Source of the DNA: a virus
Taxonomy: Duplodnaviria > Caudoviricetes
Direction: 5' to 3' (one strand)
DNA length: 29,561 nucleotides
IMG/VR virus record: IMGVR_UViG_3300030372_005756
Span: 1 to 29,561 of that record
In this document: piece by piece, positions 18,658-25,934 of the stretch
How the letters are laid out: every line of letters begins with the position of its first letter
Position numbering within the stretch: the stretch's first letter is position 1
Program-made: the position numbers and the translations under genes
The notes under the pieces: generated by a model
What the model was told of the DNA's origin: nothing
Databases searched by the model: none
Seen by the model: only the letters and a program-made list of their open reading frames with translations

Positions 18658-18909
18658 TACTTAATCCTTTAACATTATTTTTTTTACTTAATATATTAAA
18701 AGGCGCCAAAAAAATAGGGCAATTTCGGGAATTATTGAGTCAAGGCGTTTTTTGTATTTTCCATGCATGGAGAGTCAACTCAATTTATCTATAGGTTATG
18801 ACGCTAAGTGGCTAATTTTAGGTTGAGCTGGACTAAACAAATTTTATTGGATTTGGTGGATCTGCTTATTCCCGTGTCCAAAGATGGACAAAAATATCCT
18901 GGTAAATCA

Positions 18910-18971
18910 CGGGATTTATGTTGACATTATGCATTATATAATGTATTATATATATATAAACAGAGGGCGGG
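18910..18971 (+). promoter_or_regulatory. Early promoter copy 1 (62-bp direct repeat)
   Basis: TTGACA(18921)-N17-TATTAT(18944) with palindrome CATTATATAATG in the spacer. Confidence 0.8.
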
Positions 18972-18978
18972 GGGAAAC

Positions 18979-19254
18979 ATGAAAAGAGTATATGTAATTA
19001 AAAGCCAAGACGATGGAGTGATAGGGGTAGCTACAAATAGGAAACAAGCTGTAGACCTTATCCTTAACTACACTAACCGATATAAATGGGAATTGTTAGA
19101 AGACAGTAAATGGCTTTATTCCCAGATTAACAATCAACTTAGAACAAAACTCACGGCCTTTATAACAGTGGTCTTTAAAAGCAGTTATTCAGAAAGAATG
19201 GTTGAAACAGAAATTGAAGTTGAAGAAGTCGAGCTAAATAAGCTGAACATGTAA
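18979..19254 (+). CDS. Hypothetical early protein
   Basis: 91 aa behind promoter copy 1 with a G-run RBS. Confidence 0.75.
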   Translation: MKRVYVIKSQDDGVIGVATNRKQAVDLILNYTNRYKWELLEDSKWLYSQINNQLRTKLTAFITVVFKSSYSERMVETEIEVEEVELNKLNM

Positions 19255-19268
19255 TAACCCCAAAAGAT

Positions 19269-19330
19269 CGGGATTTCTATTGACATTATGCATTATATAA
19301 TGTATTATATAAGTATAAACAGAGGGCGGG
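19269..19330 (+). promoter_or_regulatory. Early promoter copy 2 (62-bp direct repeat)
   Basis: TTGACA(19280)-N17-TATTAT(19303); 58/62 identical to copy 1. Confidence 0.8.
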
Positions 19331-19341
19331 AGAAAATAAAA

Positions 19342-19536
19342 ATGAAAAAATCAAAAAAAGCTTATTTCCCTAAAACTTGGTACACAATTGGAAAATTTAG
19401 AATTTGCATAATTAATTCTAAGGAATACAAAGTCCAAAGATTAGGGAGCCCATTTGCCTATAACCTACTTTGTAAAGATGTAAATAAGGTTATTAAAGAA
19501 ATGGAAAACGATACTTATTTTTTACCATGGAAATAA
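19342..19536 (+). CDS. Hypothetical early protein (64 aa)
   Basis: Start moved to ATG 19342 (GGGAG RBS) because the track start at 19288 lies inside the promoter. Confidence 0.65.
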   Translation: MKKSKKAYFPKTWYTIGKFRICIINSKEYKVQRLGSPFAYNLLCKDVNKVIKEMENDTYFLPWK

Positions 19537-19552
19537 ACAAAAGGGGGGGGAC

Positions 19553-19795
19553 ATGCCAAGACAAACAAAAATTACAAAGCTTTATCAGGAATTACTAGAG
19601 GTCGAAGACCAGCTAGCAGAAGTTAAAGATCTTTATGAGAGAAAAGAAGTGCTATTAGAGCAGATTTTTAAGCTTAACAAAGGGCCACAACTCTTTGAGA
19701 TTGAAGGCGAAGAAAAAGATGTAGAGGTAGTTTTACAGAAAGGGCATTATGTTTTTAATAAACCATTCAGATTAAGCATTAAAAAGGCGTCTTAG
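19553..19795 (+). CDS. Hypothetical protein, N-terminal coiled coil
   Basis: 80 aa, G-run RBS. Confidence 0.75.
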   Translation: MPRQTKITKLYQELLEVEDQLAEVKDLYERKEVLLEQIFKLNKGPQLFEIEGEEKDVEVVLQKGHYVFNKPFRLSIKKAS

Positions 19796-19803
19796 GCGCC
19801 TTT
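19783..19803 (+). terminator. Possible terminator hairpin
   Basis: AAAGGCG-7nt-CGCCTTT spanning the stop codon. Confidence 0.45.
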
Positions 19804-19831
19804 AAAACTAATAATTACAGAGGGGGTAATT

Positions 19832-20074
19832 ATGAAATCTTTAAACCAATTAAAAAAGCAATGGCCAATTAAAAAAATTAAAAAAGAAAGAGAGGAAAAC
19901 AAAGGGCGCTACCCTGATCAGTTAATCAGGGATGTCAGAGAGTGTTTAAAAGGTGGTGAGACCTACCAAGAAGTCGGTAAAAAATTAGGTGTACCCCACC
20001 AAAACGTTTACAGGTGGGGTTTAAAGAAAAACGACTCGAACGCAATTAGACGGACTATCTCAAGAAAAAAGTAA
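19832..20074 (+). CDS. Helix-turn-helix DNA-binding protein
   Basis: RYPDQLIRDVRECLKGGETYQEVGKKLGVPHQNVYRW. Confidence 0.75.
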   Translation: MKSLNQLKKQWPIKKIKKEREENKGRYPDQLIRDVRECLKGGETYQEVGKKLGVPHQNVYRWGLKKNDSNAIRRTISRKK

Positions 20075-20109
20075 AAATATTTTACAATGATTAAAAATTA
20101 ATTTATTAC

Positions 20110-20136
20110 AAAAAAGGGGGTTTAACCCCCTTTTTT
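20110..20136. terminator. Bidirectional-type terminator
   Basis: A6-GGGGG-TTTAA-CCCCC-T6. Confidence 0.75.
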
Positions 20137-20151
20137 ATTTATGGAGTATAT

Positions 20152-20388
20152 ATGCCAACAAAAAAAACAAAGAAAAAAGTCACTAAAGCAGAAGAAAAAA
20201 AGCCCATTGTTAAGCGTGGAAGGCCACCAGTTTGGGGTCCAGAAAAAAAGTATAATAAAACCATTAGGCTAAGTGAAAATCAAGAAAGAATAATTTACGA
20301 AAATTTTCCTACTTTACAGGCCTTTTTTGAAACTACCTACAAAATTTTTCACGACACTATTTCAAAAAAAAGAAAAAAATCTGCTTAA
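20152..20388 (+). CDS. Small basic putative DNA-binding protein
   Basis: AT-hook-like KRGRPP and KTIRLSENQ; GGAG RBS. Confidence 0.6.
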   Translation: MPTKKTKKKVTKAEEKKPIVKRGRPPVWGPEKKYNKTIRLSENQERIIYENFPTLQAFFETTYKIFHDTISKKRKKSA

Positions 20389-20389
20389 T

Positions 20390-20416
20390 AAAAGGGGTCC
20401 ATTCCCCTTTTTTTTT
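20390..20416 (+). terminator. Rho-independent terminator
   Basis: AAAAGGGG-TCCATT-CCCC followed by a long T run. Confidence 0.7.
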
Positions 20417-20463
20417 ATATTTTAGACTGTTAGGATAATTCATAAATTACAAAAGGTACTTTT

Positions 20464-20931
20464 ATGGATGAAATTACTAGCATGTTAATTAAAGAATGTG
20501 CTTTAAAAAATAATGATTTTAGAACTCATTTACCTATTAATTTTATAACTCATGAAATTGTAGCCTTTAGATATGAATACCCAAAAAACTATTTATGGCC
20601 AAAAAATGTAAAGTATAAATATGATAGCTATAATGGTAGTTTAATTTTATCAAATAAAATGTTCGTATGTAATGATATCTATAAAGTTTTACAGGATCTA
20701 ACAAACTATGATGAATTTACCGACGAAAATGATCCGTTTAAAGAAAAACGTTTTGGTGACTTATGTTATAGTGAACTCTCTTTTAATGAGAGTGAAACAA
20801 TAAAAGACTGTGTGATTTTTTGGAAAATAGAATTTTATACAGATAATACTATGGAATTTAAATCTACTAATTATTTAAAAGATAATTGCTACCGAGTTTT
20901 AACGCTATATGAGATGAGTGAAGTAAAATGA
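20464..20931 (+). CDS. DUF3768-like protein
   Basis: YDEFTDENDPFKEKRFG..IFWKIEFY..RVLTLYEMSE resembles the DUF3768 pattern as recalled. Confidence 0.6.
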   Translation: MDEITSMLIKECALKNNDFRTHLPINFITHEIVAFRYEYPKNYLWPKNVKYKYDSYNGSLILSNKMFVCNDIYKVLQDLTNYDEFTDENDPFKEKRFGDLCYSELSFNESETIKDCVIFWKIEFYTDNTMEFKSTNYLKDNCYRVLTLYEMSEVK

Positions 20932-21167
20932 GAGAATTTTTTTATACTGATAAATATAAAGATGAAAACCCGCCTTTAAGAACTCATTATGTAATGAATG
21001 AAGGGATAATGGAGTTTAGTATTTCAAAACTAAAGAAAGAACTTAAAGAGATAAATGAAGTTGTAACTTTAGAAACAGCTCTAGAATGGTTAAGAGCTAG
21101 TGAAATGTTTACAGAAAATGAAATAAAAGACTTTATAGAAAATTTTGAAATAGCAGAAAAAGATTAA
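20928..21167 (+). CDS. Hypothetical protein
   Basis: 79 aa, ATGA-coupled to the upstream gene. Confidence 0.7.
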   Translation: MREFFYTDKYKDENPPLRTHYVMNEGIMEFSISKLKKELKEINEVVTLETALEWLRASEMFTENEIKDFIENFEIAEKD

Positions 21168-21415
21168 TGAATTTTTTTCTTTTCCTTCCCCTTAGCATGT
21201 TCAACCATTTTTTCATGCTTCAGCTCACATTTAAGCTTGCCTACTGTCAGCTTTTCGAGACAGTCTTCACTTGTGTCTGCTTCTACTAACAAATTTCTGG
21301 GAATTCTTCCCGTTTCACTTTTATATTTATGTTGTAGCATATAAATATTTTTTAATTCGTCGGTAACTTTTTCTAGTAAAAAATTTATTTCTCTATAAGT
21401 TAGATGTACTTTCAC
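21164..21415 (-). CDS. Hypothetical protein
   Basis: 83 aa, GTGA-coupled, GGAG RBS. Confidence 0.65.
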   Translation of the reverse strand: MKVHLTYREINFLLEKVTDELKNIYMLQHKYKSETGRIPRNLLVEADTSEDCLEKLTVGKLKCELKHEKMVEHAKGKEKKKIH

Positions 21416-21669
21416 TTTTTAACTCCGTACTTTTCAAAAAAAATTTTATCGTACTCTTCTCTAGCTTTTTTTACCCTTGGACTAATATCAAAAGGTTTTT
21501 CTTCTTTATAATTTTTACTCATATCTTTAAAAATACCTAGCAATTCCTTAGCTGTGTTTAACTCGCTAGCCATCGATTTTGGAAACCTTTTCATGTACCA
21601 CTCTTGTCTTTCTAAGCCTTCTATCAAAACTTCTAATTCTTTTTTATTAAACGTCATCCTTTTCAACAT
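21412..21669 (-). CDS. Hypothetical protein
   Basis: 85 aa, overlapping neighbours in a three-gene run. Confidence 0.65.
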   Translation of the reverse strand: MLKRMTFNKKELEVLIEGLERQEWYMKRFPKSMASELNTAKELLGIFKDMSKNYKEEKPFDISPRVKKAREEYDKIFFEKYGVKK

Positions 21670-21838
21670 TTTCTACCCTTTTAAAATCTTGTGTTAAAGC
21701 GTTTTGTAGCTCTAATTCTTGAGCCATACCCCAGTTTTCTAACATATAGTCATCACTTTCCGATAAGTACTTAACTAAAGCTTTAAAATATTTTGCATTA
21801 AAATCATCGTTTATTTTTTTCGTCTCTTTTAAATTCAT
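21647..21838 (-). CDS. Hypothetical protein (63 aa)
   Basis: Start moved to ATG 21838 behind a G-run RBS; the track start lies inside a terminator. Confidence 0.6.
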   Translation of the reverse strand: MNLKETKKINDDFNAKYFKALVKYLSESDDYMLENWGMAQELELQNALTQDFKRVENVEKDDV

Positions 21839-21858
21839 ACCCCCCCCAAAGTTTAGAT

Positions 21859-21892
21859 AAAAAAAAGGGGAAGTGCTGACCACCTTCCCCTT
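21859..21892 (-). terminator. Rho-independent terminator
   Basis: GGGGAAG...CTTCCCC stem followed by T8 on the minus strand. Confidence 0.75.
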
Positions 21893-21984
21893 AAATGATT
21901 TTTATACTCGAAAAACAAGCGACTAAAGAACAATTTTCACTGTTATTTAGTAGTCTACTTTTTACATTATACATTATGAAAAGT

Positions 21985-22018
21985 AAAGAAAAAAGAAAGT
22001 GGCCTCGAAAGAGACCAC
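21985..22018 (-). terminator. Rho-independent terminator
   Basis: GTGGTCTC-TTTC-GAGGCCAC (one G-U pair) followed by TTTCTTTTTTCTTT. Confidence 0.75.
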
Positions 22019-22076
22019 CACTCAACTTAAAGAAATTTAAACGAGAAACCGAGAAAAGATATAACTGCTATTGACT

Positions 22077-22136
22077 GTGAACCTAATCACTTTATTAAGT
22101 GAACCTAATCACTTTATTAAGTGAACCTAATCACTT
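22077..22136. repeat. 22-bp tandem repeat, about 2.7 copies, internally palindromic
   Basis: GTGAACCTAATCACTTTATTAA at 22077 and 22099, partial at 22121; core (AA)GTGA-N6-TCAC(TT). Confidence 0.95.
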
Positions 22137-22160
22137 GAATAAGTTTTTTACATTATATAA

Positions 22161-22556
22161 TTACAAAAGTAAAGCTTTTTTAACATCGTCTATACTAGCC
22201 ACAAACGCAGCTTTACCACCCATCGCACAAATTTTTTCTTGAAACTTTATTTGTCTTCTGAAGTGCTTTTCCCTATCGCTTTTAAGCGCCCATGAAGCTG
22301 TAATACTTAGACGCTCTCTGTTTTTTTCATAAAACTTTATACTAGAAGGTGTTTTTACTTCAAACGCGAAAAACTCTCCTCTATAAAGCCCTATAATATC
22401 GCTAGCGCCTTTTATGATATACTTGCTAGAGTGTTTACGAATTTTTTTACCGTCAAAAAAACCACCGCTTGGGTTCTTCCAAAAGAAAGAATCTTTAAGG
22501 CTATTAAGAAACAAAAGGATTTGGTTTTCTATATCGTGTTCTTTTATAACTATCAT
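22161..22556 (-). CDS. VRR-NUC domain PD-(D/E)XK nuclease
   Basis: EHDIENQI..GASDIIG..FAFEVKT..Q..F...GG.A.VA.SIDDV. Start is ATG 22556 or GTG 22565. Confidence 0.85.
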   Translation of the reverse strand: MIVIKEHDIENQILLFLNSLKDSFFWKNPSGGFFDGKKIRKHSSKYIIKGASDIIGLYRGEFFAFEVKTPSSIKFYEKNRERLSITASWALKSDREKHFRRQIKFQEKICAMGGKAAFVASIDDVKKALLL

Positions 22557-22749
22557 TCGCACCACTAATGATTTTTTTTAGTTTCATTTTTATTATAAAG
22601 TTTTCAAAACTATCATGATCATGAGGCAAATCAACGCCATGTAGGTTTTTTTCACTTATGTAATTAGATAGTTCTTTAAATTCTAGTAGTCGTTTTACAT
22701 TAAAAGCTTTTTTCTGATATTCAATTAAGTAAAGACGATAAAGTAACAA
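22504..22749 (-). CDS. Hypothetical protein (start uncertain, possibly 22821)
   Basis: Frame is open upstream to 22836 and fills the gap between helicase and VRR-NUC. Confidence 0.55.
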   Translation of the reverse strand: MLLYRLYLIEYQKKAFNVKRLLEFKELSNYISEKNLHGVDLPHDHDSFENFIIKMKLKKIISGANDSYKRTRYRKPNPFVS

Positions 22750-22817
22750 TTTAATTTTATCGTCTTTTTTTAAATCTTTAAAGTCGGGAAAGTCAGGCGC
22801 TTCGCCTTGAAAAACGT

Positions 22818-23663
22818 CTATAGTACGTTCCTTTTCTTAAAGTTATCTCTCATTTCTTCAAAATCTAAGTATCTGTCTTCTATATAGAGATTTTTTTCTT
22901 TATCGAACGTGATATAATACATTTTTTCTTCAACGCTTTGGCCTCTGTGTTTGGTTATGCGTAGAGTAGGAAAATAAAACTCTTTTATATGAAATCTCTG
23001 TAAAATATAGCAATACTCAACTAAGTTAATAACAGATTTACATCCACGAATATCATTCATACTTATAAGACGATTAGAATTTTCTGTGATCTCTGCGCCT
23101 GTATGGGCCACAAAAATAAGCGGTTTATTAGCGTTGCCAATAACTTCTTTAACTTCCTTTATAAAAAAAGACTGCGTTTCTATTTGTTGGTCCATGTAAA
23201 AACAAGAAGTCGTGACGTTATCGAAAAAAATTAGATCAACGTCTTCGCGAGTTACAGCTTGTTTAAAATACTTAAACTTTTCGCTTATGGGCTCATGTTT
23301 AAAGTGATTAGTAAAAGACAACTCGCTAAAAATAACTAGCTTTTTAAAAAGCACTTGTGCGTCTTTTTGATCTAGGCTTTTTAGTGCCATGCTAAACTCT
23401 ATAAGAAAGTCTTTCTCTGTTTCTTCGCTTAACCAAACAAAAACTTTCTTTTTAGCGTCTACTCTTTTTAAAGCGTCTAAGATTAGACTTCTGATAAGGG
23501 TACTTTTACCCCCATGAGCCACGCCTAGATATAAATGTAGTTTTCCAGGTCTATGGCCCCTATGAGAAGTTAAAAACTTAAAGTCGGAATAAAAATGTGT
23601 CTTCTCTCTATTTTTCAGCTCTACAAAGACTTTCTCTAACGTCTCTTCGTTAATTTCTAACAC
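22818..23663 (-). CDS. DnaB/RecA-fold replicative helicase-like ATPase
   Basis: Walker A GVAHGGKST, WLSEE, IFFDNV, IFVAH, DIRG and ITKHRG; follows the initiator gene. Confidence 0.8.
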   Translation of the reverse strand: MLEINEETLEKVFVELKNREKTHFYSDFKFLTSHRGHRPGKLHLYLGVAHGGKSTLIRSLILDALKRVDAKKKVFVWLSEETEKDFLIEFSMALKSLDQKDAQVLFKKLVIFSELSFTNHFKHEPISEKFKYFKQAVTREDVDLIFFDNVTTSCFYMDQQIETQSFFIKEVKEVIGNANKPLIFVAHTGAEITENSNRLISMNDIRGCKSVINLVEYCYILQRFHIKEFYFPTLRITKHRGQSVEEKMYYITFDKEKNLYIEDRYLDFEEMRDNFKKRNVL

Positions 23664-23710
23664 CCAAAAATCCTTTTTAAATTATATAATGCTAAAAAGT
23701 GTGGTCGATT

Positions 23711-24655
23711 TTACGAAGGTTGGCAATCATTTTTCATAAAAAAATTATATAAATCTTTTTCAAGGCTATTTTTAAAAACTACATTACTTTTTTCGCTAGG
23801 TTCTTCGTTTATATAGTTACTAAAATTTTTTGAACTAAAAAGAGTTTGTGGCCTTAAAAAGTAACTCGCAGATTTTCCACTGCTAAAAACTACTTCTTTC
23901 CAATCGATACTTTTTTTATCAATTACTTTTTTAAACTGATCAATTTCATATCCTTCTTTTAGCCTAGCTCTAATATCAACTAAGTAACCATGTGCGTTAA
24001 TATTAAAATTTTTATTACATTTTTGGTTTAAATATTTCAAAATTTCTTGAGCTGTAATCAGCTCCTTTTCGCGCTCTGAAAGAGTAGTGCTTGCATTGCT
24101 ATTAGTTTCGCTTATTAAGCTCAAATTTACGTGTTTTTTCATCAATGGTGACTCCCTTTTTTTGTAATCATGGCCATAACTTTCAAGAACAAAATTTTTA
24201 AGATTTTTTCTAACATTAAAACTTTCATACAAAGACACAGCATTTTCATTTTTTGTTTTTAGTGTATTTAATTTATTAAATACAAGACATATAGAGGGCG
24301 CTCTGTGTTTATGCGCTGTAGATGTAGAATTCAACACCGTATATGCTGCGGTGTTGTCGTAGTTTTCTACATCGTGTTTTTCTTGATTTTCGTCGCACAA
24401 AAATGAAATTCTTACATTTGTAATTATGCCGACTTTTGTCATGTTTATTTTGATAAAATTCTTATTTTTTAAAACTTCAATTGCAGTTTTTAACGCGGTT
24501 CTTTTTATACAAATTTCTTTTTCTATTTCTCTTAGCTTTACAAAAATAAATTTTTCTTCTCTACTTTTGCGTTTAAATTTTAAAAGATAGGAATAAACAA
24601 TTGCGGGATTTAATCCCACTTGCTTAATGAACTTCATTGAAATTTTTAGTTCCAA
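23711..24655 (-). CDS. Replication initiator (N-terminal wHTH-like, C-terminal Phg_2220_C-like domain)
   Basis: EILKYLNQK..IRARLKEGY..FKKVIDKK..W..FLRPQTLF..NF.NYINE; TTG start with AAGGT RBS. Confidence 0.82.
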   Translation of the reverse strand: MELKISMKFIKQVGLNPAIVYSYLLKFKRKSREEKFIFVKLREIEKEICIKRTALKTAIEVLKNKNFIKINMTKVGIITNVRISFLCDENQEKHDVENYDNTAAYTVLNSTSTAHKHRAPSICLVFNKLNTLKTKNENAVSLYESFNVRKNLKNFVLESYGHDYKKRESPLMKKHVNLSLISETNSNASTTLSEREKELITAQEILKYLNQKCNKNFNINAHGYLVDIRARLKEGYEIDQFKKVIDKKSIDWKEVVFSSGKSASYFLRPQTLFSSKNFSNYINEEPSEKSNVVFKNSLEKDLYNFFMKNDCQPS

Positions 24656-24732
24656 AACTTTACCTTTTTAGTTGACAACATTTTAGAATTACCTAATCAT
24701 TTATTAATCTTTTTTTTAAAGCAAGAGAAAAA

Positions 24733-24867
24733 ATGAAAAACTTTTTTAAAAGTTTAAGACTATCCTTTTTAAAAGGTAGTAAACTCTCCGAAGAAAAAGC
24801 TCTAGAGCTTTTACTAGAGGCGCTCTTGAAAAAAGAACACGAACAAAAAAACAAGGATTTTGAGTAA
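24733..24867 (+). CDS. Small hypothetical protein (44 aa)
   Basis: Not in the track. MKNFFKSLRLSFLKGSKLSEEKALELLLEALLKKEHEQKNKDFE, TAATG-coupled to the next gene, downstream of TTGACA at 24672. Confidence 0.55.
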   Translation: MKNFFKSLRLSFLKGSKLSEEKALELLLEALLKKEHEQKNKDFE

Positions 24868-25076
24868 TGGTTTTTACTTTAAAGAGAGAAAATCCTGGTC
24901 ACTACAATGTTAAAGTTAACAACACGTTGAGATATAACATTAAAAAGACCAGTGGTAACGCGTATACACAGTTTTGGGAAGTGATAGATTTACTTAGCGA
25001 TAAAAAATATAAAGATTTTATTTCTTTAAGTGAATGTAAAGATTTTATAAATGAAGAAATTTTTTCTTCAAGTTAA
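24867..25076 (+). CDS. Hypothetical protein
   Basis: 69 aa, AAGGA RBS. Confidence 0.65.
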   Translation: MVFTLKRENPGHYNVKVNNTLRYNIKKTSGNAYTQFWEVIDLLSDKKYKDFISLSECKDFINEEIFSSS

Positions 25077-25089
25077 AGGAGAGTTTTGG

Positions 25090-25272
25090 ATGTATGAAGA
25101 AGGAGTGTACCACTACTGTGAGTACTGTTTTAAACCATGCGCTATTTTTTGTGGATGTTCACAAGAAAAAAAGGCGCTTAAAGAAGAAAGAGAAAGAGAG
25201 CTGTACAACGCTATAGCTTCGGATCTTAACAGATTAGATATTAAATTAACTTTTTGGGGGGAAAAGAAATGA
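25090..25272 (+). CDS. Small Cys-rich hypothetical protein
   Basis: ATG 25090 after AAGGAGAG; CEYC..C...CGC. Confidence 0.6.
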   Translation: MYEEGVYHYCEYCFKPCAIFCGCSQEKKALKEERERELYNAIASDLNRLDIKLTFWGEKK

Positions 25273-25934
25273 ATGGCCAAGCTGGTTTCGCGAATATTCG
25301 CGGCAAAAATTATAAACTTGTTGTTAAAAGAGTGGACGAATTCAGAAAAGCTTTTAAAGGCTATGGAATTGACACTAAAATAATTGATCTAGGTCATGAA
25401 AGTGGTTTTGTAGTCGTAGAAACTAAAATTTACGACACGCAAAATAGAATTGTTGCTAGTGGTTATGCAGAAGAAAAAAGAAACTCTACTAAAATAAATC
25501 AAACTAGCGCGGTAGAAAATTGTGAAACAAGTTCAATTGGCCGCGCTTTGGCTTGTATTGGCCTAGGTGGTGACTCATACGCTAGTGCAGAAGAACTTGT
25601 CAGCGCCTTAGCTCAACAGCAACAAAAGGAAGAACCTAAAAAAACAAAGCCACTTGTAGAGAGCCCCCCTAAAAATAAAGGGTTACTAGAGAAACTTTTA
25701 AAACCTAACAAAGAAGTTAAAATAGATATAGCTGAATATCGAAGTTTAATTAATGCCTATTGTAGCGTCAAGGGTCAAGAGGGCGTAGAGAGGCCTGTCC
25801 TTAACATTTTAGGCTATATTAATAGACTACCCAAAGGTTTTACGAGTGATAAAGAAGCGTGGACTATTTTACAAAACATAAACGATAAAGAAAAATTAAA
25901 GTTACAAAATTGGATTGAGAAACAACTTTCTTAA
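25269..25934 (+). CDS. Single-strand annealing recombination protein (Rad52/Sak-like)
   Basis: IRGKNY..V.KRV..ASGYAEE..INQTSAVENCETSSIGRALA..G; ATG 25269 is ATGA-coupled. Confidence 0.7.
   Translation: MNGQAGFANIRGKNYKLVVKRVDEFRKAFKGYGIDTKIIDLGHESGFVVVETKIYDTQNRIVASGYAEEKRNSTKINQTSAVENCETSSIGRALACIGLGGDSYASAEELVSALAQQQQKEEPKKTKPLVESPPKNKGLLEKLLKPNKEVKIDIAEYRSLINAYCSVKGQEGVERPVLNILGYINRLPKGFTSDKEAWTILQNINDKEKLKLQNWIEKQLS

Noticed and set aside
19832-20074. IS3-type transposase orfA
   Set aside because: HTH only, with no DDE orfB and no terminal inverted repeats seen.
22077-22136. Mini CRISPR array
   Set aside because: Repeats are head-to-tail with no unique spacers, and no cas genes are present.
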